From: Bugula neritina
Lineage: Eukaryota > Animalia > Bryozoa
Length of the DNA stretch: 64,000 nt
Assembly (NCBI GenBank): GCA_964035545.1
Contig: OZ037767.1
Location: forward strand, 2,739,680-2,803,679
Direction: 5' to 3'
The position numbers were made by a program, and so were the translations under genes. Every line of letters begins with the position of its first letter. Positions within the stretch are counted from its first letter, which is position 1. Below the pieces are notes generated by a model that ran no database searches, was not told the origin of the DNA, and saw only the letters and a list, made by a program, of their open reading frames with translations. Of the stretch, positions 1 through 11,360 are shown piece by piece.

Positions 1-1272
1 GGCCAATGAGATGTCCTGTAGAATAAATACAAGAAGTATGATAAATATATGAACTTCTCAAAAAAGCACATTTGAATAAAGACATAAAATAAAATATGCT
101 TCTCAAATAATATATAATAATTGCGCAAAATTTTCACAAAAAACACAATAAACTAATATAAATATTAATATAAAATTTACTAACCTGTTCGAATAAATAT
201 ATAGGCGCAATACACTCCAAATACAGTTGTATATGCAAATTGGAACACTGTAACAAAGCAGAACCGATGTATGTACAGATAAGTAAAATATAGCCTCAAA
301 GTTTTAGCAAAACCAGATTAGCTTTGCAGCTAACTTCAACAACTGAAGTGCCATAAGAAAAAAATAAAAGATTTTAAATTAAGGGCACACAGTCGAATGT
401 CATCCCATAAGATTACTGAGGCAATCAATACAGTCAGAAACTATGAAAGGCAGAGTTGTCTTCTCTAACAAGTGAGATAAAAGTTATTAGAAGTTACCTG
501 ATTGAAAGAAAGCGGTTTTAAACTCCAAACCTTCAAACTTGATCTTTTGAAGCATATGATGAAAATGTGCTACAATAGAGAAAGTACACATGCAACAAAA
601 GAGGTAGACTAATACAAAGTGCAATTCAAAACTATTTCTAAAACTAATTTGCTAAACACATTGCTCTCAGAGTTTACCTAAGCCGAAGAAAACAGGACAG
701 AAGCAGACGGCAGCCTTCCAGCCAAATGTAGGAACCATGAGTGGCATCAGACAGGCTCTGAACAAGAACTCTTCAGTCAGGGGACCCTGGATATGCAGTA
801 AGAGTATAACTAGATACCAATAGTATAACTAAATATATACAGAGAAAGTATAACTATACACAGAGAGTATAACTATATATACAGAGAGTATAACTATATA
901 TACAGAGAGTATAACTATATATACAGAGAGTATAACTATATACAGAGAGTATAACTATATATACAGAGAGTATAACTATATACAGAGAGTATAACTATAT
1001 ACAGAGAGTATGACTATATACAGAGAGTATAACTATATACAGAGAGAGTATTTCACCAGAAAGCTTAATAAAAATATACGTGAACTATAAACATATATTC
1101 TACGATGTAGCAAGAGACAAGTATATTTCTTCAAGGGTTGTGGTGTACAATGAAATGCGTTGTTACTCACCACCACGTGATTTCGTATCCAGATTATATT
1201 ACTCAGACTATTCTTCCAATAATTTATGTCTGCAAAAGATAAACAACAACCATGAATCATCTACAAGAATAT

Positions 1273-1312
<40 letters not shown>

Positions 1313-2392
1313 TAGCCAATAGCAGTGAAGACAGCATCACACAAACAATTGAATTACCATTGTATAGTTCAAATATTCCGGCTTCATACATCTGAACTAA
1401 AGGTCCCGCAAATAGTATCTAAAAGTAAACAGAGTACAAATTTGGAGTTGTTTAACCTTTTCCATGGAATAAAAATAAGAGGTGAAAAATTCTCTAAATT
1501 TTTTTTATAATAGTTTGAACAGTATTACAGTAGTGCAGCCCCTATAGATTGCAGACAGAGCAAATAGTTTAACTAATATTACCATAGTAAGAGCCAGAGG
1601 TAGAATGGCCCCTTGAACTACTCCTGTGGATCGTACGCCAACCCATGACATCAGCGAGTGACCCTGCGAGTAAACAAGTAACTAACATTAAGAGACTTAC
1701 AAAGGATTTATTGACACCCGAAATAAAACTCTAGGATGAGAAAAATATCGGTGGCTATATTGAACATTAGTTGTTATTTTTGCAAATCTTAGTAAAATTA
1801 AAATCTACTACTTCAGTCAAAATGATTGAATAAATAATAATAGACTTACAGATTCACTAGATGTCGATATTAAGTAGAGAAAAGGCAAAGCTAGGAAACA
1901 AGCACAAGTCACAGCTAAAAATCTTATTTTTATAGTTTCGGGGTGATTCCTCCTGCAACATTGAAAAGTGTTTGACTGATAAAAAAGTGAAGCATTTCTG
2001 TACAAGAAACAATAAATTAAATAAACTTCATATTTAGCAAACTATATTACTACTAATACAACTAGTAAAGCATTTACTTCAGAGTTACTGCCTTAATTGT
2101 AAATAAAACTTTAGCTGCATACTTGAAATTTTGCAAACAGCAAATATCAATATGATTAAATTGTTAAATTATTAAATCAGTGAGTGACCCAGAACTGTAA
2201 GCTGACATGTTTCATTTTATAAGCTAGCGAGTTTTACTATATTCCAACTTACCCTTGAGTTGTAGGCTTTATGTATAGACTAGAGACGTAGCTGAATGCC
2301 AGTAGAAAGCAAGAAAAGAATGAAAACAGAGGATTCAGTTCAAATGTTATTTTCGAACATTCACTAGAAGTGACAATCGATTCTTCAAACAT
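1..2392 (-). CDS. RCE1: CAAX prenyl protease 2 (RCE1), 3' end outside window
   Basis: Exons (-) 2392-2253, 1952-1850, 1663-1583, 1418-1358, 1229-1171, 786-678, 569-498, 247-185, 15-1, all GT-AG and in phase. Translation includes [73 protein letters not shown], i.e. the EExxxR and FxxxH motifs of RCE1. Confidence 0.95.
810..1050. repeat. Intronic minisatellite, 20-22 bp unit (CAGAGAGTATAACTATA[TA]TA)
   Basis: About 10 directly visible tandem copies in an RCE1 intron. Confidence 0.9.
1273..1310. repeat. (CAG)n microsatellite, intronic
   Basis: Uninterrupted AGC/CAG run between RCE1 exons 4 and 5. Confidence 0.95.
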
Positions 2393-4267
2393 GATGATGT
2401 TGAACCAAGTGGTCGAGAATCCAAATCAATTTTAAAAGAGCATTCGAACCCAAGTCAAATCCGAACTTACCTAATGAATAGTAAAATCCAAATTGAAATA
2501 ATAATACCAGTACTACTACTAATAATAATACTAATAGTAATAGAACTAAATAAACAAATACTAATAATCATTAATATTAATTATATTTATAATAATATTA
2601 ATAATGGCATTATTAATTCTAACTTTAAATGAAACTGAATACCACAAATACTTAGTCTCGGAATACAAAAATTGAATGTCTGAATGACCATCAAAGTCAC
2701 TATGAGAATATTAGTTAATGAATTATCAATATGAATATGAATAAATATAATTATAATATTAATATTAATAAAATTAAATGTTAATGTAATAACAGTAATT
2801 TAAATTAATTAATTATAAATATAATCATAATCATAATGATTATGAACAACAGCTCCAATACAAAATTGAAATTCTTTTCTTCTGATATATTTTAATTATT
2901 ATTAATTCATTTACTTAATGCCTTGTCATTGGTGTTATGCAGAGCTCTTGTTATACTATTATTAAAATTCAGTCCACAGTAGACGTAGTAGCTACAACTT
3001 GCATAGCTACAATAATTATAATTTGAAATATTGTAAGCATCGATAATTGTGTTCCTTAGATTGTAACAACAAAAATTCTACCTTTCCGAACCAAGTACAA
3101 TAGCCTGTAGCCAGTATTTTGTTCTTTAATTTTGAAGTTTGGAGACGATCTAGGTCGTTTTGAAAGGACATAGCTCGGCTGCTAAAATAATTTCTGTTAC
3201 GCCAAGGTCGTTTTGAAATTCTCGCACTTTAAAGTTGACTTTAAATCGAAGTAATTTTGTTAGTGACTTTAATTTGAATTGCAATGTTTAGATGCTAATC
3301 CAGTAACTCAGTGGTCGAAATTTGTCATTAACTTTAGATACAGCTTGCATTTTCTTATATTTTGTCAGTACTAATCTATTACCACTGAAGTATATCATAC
3401 TCAATCATGCTCATACTCATGAGTCATGTCTCATACTCATAGTGATAGTCATAGTCACTAAGTGATAGTCATACTAGTATTACTCATACTCATACTGACC
3501 GTGACGCTGACAGTAAATCACTAAATGTAATCACAGTAAATGAGTAATACTAGTAGTAATACTAATAGTATTACTATTAGACTATAACTATTACTATTAG
3601 TATTACTATTGCATTATGATTATTAGTATGAGTATAGTTATTCTAATATATTTATATTGTAATATTAATAGTAGTACTAGTACTAGTAGTAATACTAATA
3701 CTAGTAGTTATACTTATAGTCAATGTCATAGATATACTTCGAGTTTAACTTATACTTATAGTTATAGTAATACTAATAGTAATAGCAATACTAATAGTGA
3801 TAGTTAAACTTATTGTTATACTCTTACTGATGCTCTAATACTACTAGCCATAGTCATAGTGAAACGACTTGTGTACGAACTGACAGGACCCCATCAGTAT
3901 ATATTATGATATGTAGCAATTAGAGTTATGCTCATGATTGTAATTAGAGAAAATATAATTCTATTTTTTGCTTATTCTCTAGCGAATTGTTATGATCAGC
4001 TGCCCTATCAGCACAGTTGAAGTTTGAGAAGTAATGCTTAGAATTCAAATTGATTTTATAGCAATTTGTGTTTAATCTCTCCTTGGTATTTGATTTTAAC
4101 TCATCAATATCAATATTCATATTGATAAGAATGTCAGTAAGCACCGTAGTTATTGTTTTAATATTCATGATCCATAAGAATGATAAATTGCAGAAATCAC
4201 TATGAAAAGTCTAATAGAAAAAGACTAATACAGTTTATGCTGTAATTTAGCTTTTATTTGTCTAGAA

Positions 4268-6114
4268 ATGGCTACCAAGGTGGCTGGCAAACTTGCGAAA
4301 GCTGGTAAAAAAGCAAAAGCTGCATATACTCCATTTTTAAAAGTGACCATTCCTGCTAACCAGGCAAAGCCTGCTCCACCTCTAGGACCACAATTAGGGC
4401 AGGTAGGTAACCTACTAGTTGTACTAAAATATAAATGGACTTGATCACGTTACACTTGATATATGTGTATCTGTACTGCCAATGATATGAAAAATCTTGG
4501 TTTAATTCATACGCTTTACTAGGATTTGTAAGAAAAGAAAGGAAATAATGTTATTTAAATTTTATTTTTAGTTTATTTACTTTTTATTGTTGGACACGTT
4601 TTTGATGTGCATGTAACTGACTGTCAAGAGGGAACAAATCTCAAACTCAGTAAAACCTCTCTTAGTGTAACAAACATCTACAGGGTTACTTTAACTGATT
4701 GATCTGTTTTATGAGTTTGATTTTTGCAATTTTCTTGAAAAGAAATATTTATTGATTGTATTATGCAAAATATTGTTATTTTTAGCTTGGAATAAACGTA
4801 CCGCAATTCTGCAAAGAGTTCAACGCCAAAACTGGTCACATGATTGATGGCTACCCACTACCAACAAGTATCTCTATTAATGTAGGTTTCTAGATTGTTC
4901 TAGTTTGTAGATGCTGGAGATCTCATTTAGGTCTTACCGTTTGTTAAACTACTATTGTAATCTGGTCTTTGATAATTGCAATGTCATCTGATTCCTAGAT
5001 GGACAAAACATTCAGCATGGAGATTCACACCCCTGAAACTAGCTTCCTAATCAAGAAAGCAGCCGGCGCACCAAAAGGTGCCATGCAACCTGGTAGGTGG
5101 TAGATTTACCTGCTTTTTGTAGCTGGAACTATGTCATGTTTTGAGATATGTAACTTGTACTAAAATTATCTAGTATAAAGTAATACAGTGTAGTATAATG
5201 TAGTATAAAGTACTGCTGTGTAATATAAGGTAGTATAGTATAGTATAAAGCAGTTAAGTTTAAAGTTAAGTAATATAAAGTAGGATAATGTAATACAGTG
5301 TAGTGTAAAGTACTATAAAGTAGTGCAGTGTAATATAAAGCAGTATATACTATACTATGTATAAAGTAGTACAGTGTAGTATAAAGTAATGTAGTATAAT
5401 ATAAAATAATACAGTGTAATATAAAGCAGTATATACTATACTATGTATAAAATAGTACAGTGTAATATTGTTCTCTGGTATAACTAAAGTCCCTTCCAGG
5501 TAAAGAATGTGCCGGAATGATCTCTCTGAAGCATGTCTATGAAATCGCCAAAATCAAAAGTGCTGACTCAAACTTGGATGGCTGCTCCATGACCCATATT
5601 TGTGACCTCATAATCGGACAGTGTCGCTCTCTAGGAGTGAGTGTAGTGAGAGAGTTAGATGCTGATGAATACAGGTATGTTCTGGGAGTTGTCTACTCCG
5701 GTGTGTTGAGTTGCACAAGACTCAATATTATGTCTGATAAGCTGCTCTGTATAGTAATAAAAGTGTAGTGTAGGATCCATGACTTGTGAAAAAGAAGTTG
5801 TCTGCTCCTGAAATTGAACAATTTAGAAATTAAATGCTAGGCTTGAAACCTCCACATTTTACCTTCATTGGTCACTAGATAATGTTTACCTGCTCAATAA
5901 AGTGCAAACACTGTGACTTAGACCTAGTTCTTTCAAGTTGAGTCCTGGCAATTATGTTAGTTTGCTATACCTATAGTCATTGCTCTTATCTGTATGTTAT
6001 GTAATAATAACTTTAATTCGTTGTAGAGAATTTTTAGAAAATAGAAAATTTGAAATTGAAGAACAAAACAGAGAAATTGAGGAGAAGAAAGCAGCTAAAA
6101 TGTTGCGGTTGTAG
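4268..6114 (+). CDS. MRPL11: Mitochondrial ribosomal protein L11 (uL11m), about 195 aa
   Basis: Exons 4268-4402, 4786-4881, 4999-5092, 5500-5674, 6027-6114 (588 nt). Motifs [69 protein letters not shown]. Confidence 0.95.
5170..5470. repeat. Degenerate AT-rich intronic tandem repeat (GTATA/TAAAG-type)
   Basis: Low-complexity periodic sequence in MRPL11 intron 3. Confidence 0.7.
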
Positions 6115-6737
6115 CATATTGAAGGAACTATTGTATGTTACCAGTTACCACTGTCAGTTATTAGTGTCAGTTACCAGTGTCAGTATTGTTAGTAGTCATT
6201 ACTGCCAGTTACCAACAGTTATAACTATCAGTTGTTACTATTACTGCCACTTTGTTGTTTGATGACTCTATTCAAGCTGATGAGAAATTGTATAAATCAG
6301 AGAAGGAAAATTATTACTGCTTATTTTTTTGTTGAACTCTACTGAGTAAAGTGATAATTTTATAGAACTATGTTGATACTCATCACTCTGGCTAAAATTG
6401 GCTATTTTTCCCCAACATTATGCTTAGCTGTAAGTTTTGTAATACCAAAATTAACTTTTATTTACTTTCTTGTTGAAACCCCAATATTTGAGGTAAAGAA
6501 AGATTTGTCGAAAAAAACTATTATTTGGAAGAAAAGTGCCTGAATTAGGATGTTTTTTCAGTTTTGTAATTTTAAATTTGTCTTCATGATAGTACATATA
6601 AACAATAAATATTGTTGTAATAATGTAATAAATATAATTGGTCAACTTCTTGAAATAACTTTTATTTTGAAGAATATTTTAATGTACAAATACAGAATCA
6701 TTTGTATCAGGAGTTGCTTTTCCCACGCCATTAAATG

Positions 6738-7388
6738 CTAATAGTTATCAGTAGTAGATAAATCCTCGCTTTCAGTAGTCCAGTTGTCTTGCAAATACTG
6801 ATAGATCTGACACACGCTGTCACTGTATACCAAACACTCACAGCTTGGAGTGTCTAAACACATCATGAAGCACTGTAGCCTGTGATCTACAACTTTCTCT
6901 CCCAATAAGTCGCTGCATCTGTTGAAGGAGTATATATTCAGGGCATATACTTCATTTTTAGAAATGCGCCGTGCATAGTACGAGTCCATTCGTCTTGCCT
7001 GGATGATTTGTGTGGTTGAATAGGACATCGCCTCTAAACCTATAAATTATTTGTCCAATGCTTAACAATTATCCATACAAATAAACAATTAGTATTATAA
7101 ATATTTTATTCTACTTTCATGGAGCATAACTCCAAGTTACTATGTATGATGCTCGGAGCTAAGCAAGTATTAAGGAAAGTTTCCAAGACATGTAGAATTT
7201 GCTCATAATTTTTATGGCAACTAGCTGCATGTGTGACCTATGAATTAACTTATTGTATATAACTGAATGCTGTCACATATATTAGTAGATGATGGATATT
7301 TATAGTTTACCAACCATTAAATATAATATATGTACTTACTTATCCTGACAAAGGAAAGAACAAGGAGGGCTCCATAAGCCACAAACAT
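6738..7388 (-). CDS. Small secreted protein with a PAN/apple-like cysteine pattern, about 114 aa
   Basis: Exon 7388-7340 encodes a signal-peptide-like MFVAYGALLVLSFVRI followed by the donor GTAAGT. It joins in phase 1 to exon 7033-6738, which contains QCFMMCLDTPSCECLVYSDSVCQIY (PAN-like CxxxC..C..Y..C spacing). Confidence 0.7.
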
Positions 7389-7685
7389 TTTACCTGCCTA
7401 CAGTTTTAGCTTACACCTATATATGGGTGAATGTGCTACTGCAGCTGTAGCCAAAGCAATATATTGATTGGATTTAGCTACCTCATAATTTAAACAGGAT
7501 ATCATTAAGATTAGAGTGGTTCTGCTAATAACAATGTTTTCAAGGAAATTTGTGTTCAAATGAAAAATATTTGATTTTGAATAATTATTAGTGGACAGAG
7601 ATCTGTATTCATGTCACTCCATGATGGAACTCATGCAAAACATAGCTTGATTTTAGCATTATAACGACGTATTGGCTATTATAGG

Positions 7686-7750
<65 letters not shown>
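7686..7750. repeat. (TA)n microsatellite
   Basis: Pure TA run to the left of the inverted repeat. Confidence 0.95.
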
Positions 7751-7754
<4 letters not shown>

Positions 7755-7781
7755 AATATATCTTTACGAGCTAGCAATTTG

Positions 7782-7975
7782 ATTATAAATAGGTATACGA
7801 GAAACATTGTTGTTTTTTTACTTTATTAGGTAAAGTAATTACACTGATATTTCGGGTACCACTGTACCCATCTTCATTGCTACTCTGAAGATGGGTACAG
7901 TGGTACCCGAAATATCAGTGTAATTACTTTACCTAATAAAGTAAAAAAAAACAACAATGTTTCTCGTATACCTAT

Positions 7976-7982
<7 letters not shown>
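7782..7982. mobile_element. Inverted duplication, probable Penelope-like retroelement terminal-repeat remnant
   Basis: Arms 7782-7876 and 7886-7982 are reverse complements apart from a 2-nt homopolymer length difference, with a 9-nt spacer. The structure sits between (TA)n tracts and contains a hammerhead core. Confidence 0.7.
7881..7920 (+). ncRNA. Minimal type I hammerhead ribozyme motif
   Basis: TACT-CTGAAGA-T-GGGTAC-AGTG-GTACCC-GAAA-TA-TC-AGTG: stem I 5' arm, CUGANGA box, perfect 6-bp stem II, GAAA box, vestigial palindromic stem III, AUC cleavage triplet, stem I 3' arm. Confidence 0.7.

Positions 7983-8037
<55 letters not shown>
7983..8037. repeat. (TA)n microsatellite
   Basis: Pure TA run to the right of the inverted repeat. 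Confidence 0.95.
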
Positions 8038-8040
<3 letters not shown>

Positions 8041-9005
8041 CAAATTTATAAATATACATATAATATTATGCTCCTACATTTATAAATATATATAATCTAG
8101 TATACATATGCATCTTAAAAAATCTTAACATGCCTACATGTGCTATTTTTCTATATACTGTAGTTTTCTATATAATATATATGTATTATTGAATTCCAGT
8201 TTAAATGAACATAAAAGTATTTCAATGTGCAGACTGTTTTCCTGCCATAATTTATGCAAAACATGCAGTTTTTAAACCAGTAATAAATGTCCAGGGTAGG
8301 TAAACCTGCTTGGCCATAATATAGTTAATCAATAATGGAGTAGCACATCCTTTTTACCTACTAGATACAGTAATACTCGCTGATGGTGTACGAGAAAGAA
8401 TATAAACCCATAAACCAGCACACATTCTCAAACATGTTAGTTGATTGCTATGCCAAAAATTGTCACAATTCACCAACACTAATGCTGGAAGTTGATTCTT
8501 TTATTTATAATATTGAGTAATAGGAAAAGCAAAAAGTTAGCACAATATTTACGAACTAAATATCTACTATAAGTATTATTTTAATCAATGAGATTTACTT
8601 TCTCATGCAGATCTTACACGTATAGAAAAGGTGCAAAGAAGGAAAAAAGTTATGTACAATTTCTTTAATTATTGATTCTATCAATCACATCCAGTTCTCA
8701 AAATTGGTCCACATTTCAAAACAAAAGTAAAGCAAGAAAAAATATAGTATTGTCAAGAGCAATAAGACATAAAACAAGAGTACAAAAGTTACACATAATA
8801 AGAAAAACAGTCTTAACATTGTGCACCAACTAAATTTCACAACCAGCTTGTAGCCTTAATATATAGTAGGAGTTGCTTTGCTTTGTGCCAAGATATTTCT
8901 AATAAGCTATGAATATTGTCACGAATAGAAGTAGTTTATTGCCTGGAACACAGGCTTGGATTAAACAGAACTATAATATAGTGAATGTATAGCGATTCTT
9001 ATAGC

Positions 9006-11360
9006 CTATGGGTGAGAAAGCATCATTCTAGTGAACCTGAGGGAGTACCCATAGCCCAGCCAATCCTTCCAGTATATTCCGTCGTAGTACCCACCAGTAG
9101 GGACATAAGGACCACCAACATAGTAGATGCCGTTTAATAGAGCGTAGGAGCAGTAGTTGTACCACCACCCGGCTGTAACGATATTTCATAATAATAGAGT
9201 AAATACTACAATAGTACACCATACATATAGTAGATGTGGGCCAATATTAAACACTATACCCTATTATGATATAATGCAAATAATACAACTATCTCACACT
9301 ATGTCACATGTCGTACTATATTACAATATGTCACAACTGAACACATGTCACAATATGTCACAACTGAACACTATGTCGCAGCTGGTCACATGCCACACTA
9401 TGTCACAGATAGCACAGTTTCTAGAGGCTTACTAGTATATATTACAATAAAAAATAATTTAGAAAAGTTATAATACCATATAAACATAATATAACAACTG
9501 GTGAATGAAATATTTAATACAATAAAATAATTACATTATTTCCCTAGTGAGACCCTAGCACATTATTCTCTCACCTTTCTGATTACCGGCGCAACTATAT
9601 GTATCCGGGTAGTCGTAAGTGGCAAACTGTCTACCATTAGAATAGGAGAAATCATCTGGAACTGTGCCAGCATATCCAGAAACCTAGGAGATGACGGAGA
9701 GAAGGGGTAAACTGCGGAAAGTTAATATAATAAAATTACACACAAAAGATGTAAACTGCAGAATGCTCTGGTAAAAAAGTACATAAAAATCACTTGATGT
9801 GAACTGCAGCAAATCTATGCATAAGTTGAATAGAGAGCTACTAACTACAAAAAATATATAGGAGATAAAAACTGTAGGTAATTGGTATACATTATACACA
9901 CATGAGCAAAATCTAAAAGTTTATAAGTAAAATGGAAAAAATTTCAATAAATTTTTGCAAATTTGAAATTAGATTTTTGAGTAAATTACTCTTTCCAGGC
10001 AATTTTAAAGAAAGGTTTTAAAACTAATTGCAAGACAACCAGTTAAAAATTTCAAACAAAGGGAAGACAAACCTGAAGTCGATATCTGTCTTGGGCACTT
10101 CCAAGTGAAAAGTGTTGGTAAGTTCCAGCTCGGTTGTTACCATTCCAGTCTTGTAGTTGCAAGTCCATTACAGTGTTACCTACAGAATAAGACATGACAG
10201 GCAATACAGTGTTACCTACAGAATAAGACATGACAGGCAATAACCAAACCCAAGAATCCAGTCGCCCGGAGCATTAGCAACCACAATGCCAAACAGAAAA
10301 TGAAAAATAAAATGCTGATCATCAATCAACAAATAAAATTTTGGTGAAATATTAAAAAATATTTTCTAATCAATCATTGATCATCATTACAGCTGACGTA
10401 TATATAAATCACAAATTACCATAAGAGTTCATTAGTTAAGATGGATAATCATAGATTTTACAAGCAAATTTTCTTAATTTAAGGTTACAGACTAATAAAT
10501 TGCTGATGGCTTTACTTATATTTTTACACTATGAGCTGTCTATGCAGTAAATTAGCCTAAGAATGTTGACAGTAGAGTACCTTGTGAGGTGAGATGTTGC
10601 ATCGTAATCAAACCGATCCAGAAATCACCTGACACAGATCCAAAGCCGATTTGATAGTCATTGTAGGTCCTCTGAAAGTTTTCATTGCCGTACATGCGCT
10701 GTTGAACAATTGTGTATGACTTATTCACCTGATGGTCACACAGCACCTTGGGAGAAAGAGCAGGTAACATTACATTCTATAGAAAATATTACAATATAAT
10801 CTTATATAATTCAGTCATTTTGATAGACAATGAAAAGTCAATTGACCTACCTTCACAGAATATGATGAGTTAAGATAAATTTTATAGTTGCCAGACTTTA
10901 TATGACCTCCAAGACGAATATCATGACAATCTATAACATATGTGTTCAAAATAAGTGTTTTACATTCGCAAGGATTTCCAACTTTTGGAAGTTCGGAAAA
11001 AACTGGCATTTAAAACGAAAGATAATGGGTGATAGTTTAAAGTTTTATCAAATAGTAGAATGCAAATTATTGTTACAAGCTTTTTAAATCAGTATTTTGG
11101 AAAACTTCTCACAGCTTTCCCCCGACACAAATTGTGATAGATTTGGATGACACAACAAGTAATTTAGTCCCAACTAATAACACAAAGTTCTCTCTCAAAA
11201 CATTGATTACCAAGCAGCGATGACCTTTTCATTTGATAGGCTGAGACCCACCTTTCGGATATTTAATTCGTTTAAAACAATCACAGCAGTAAACAGAACA
11301 CAACACAATAATCAACAGAAGTAGTCTCTGGTTCATTGTTTGAGAGGCAGTCATTCTCAT
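9006..11360 (-). CDS. Fibrinogen-related domain (FReD) protein; first exon frame-disrupted (possible pseudogene allele)
   Basis: Intact in-phase exons 11002-10851, 10746-10581, 10179-10073, 9683-9575, 9172-9006 give DCHDIRLGGHIKSGNYKI, VLCD..TIVQQRMYGNENFQRTYNDYQIGFG..GDFWIGL, YQHFSLGSAQDRYRLQVSGYAG, GWWYNYC..LNG, GIYWKDW..YSLRFTRMM. Putative exon 1 (11360-11113) starts with a signal peptide but has stops or frameshifts. Confidence 0.85.

Noticed and set aside
1273-1310. CAG repeat as polyglutamine
   Set aside because: Lies in an RCE1 intron and is not part of any supported CDS.
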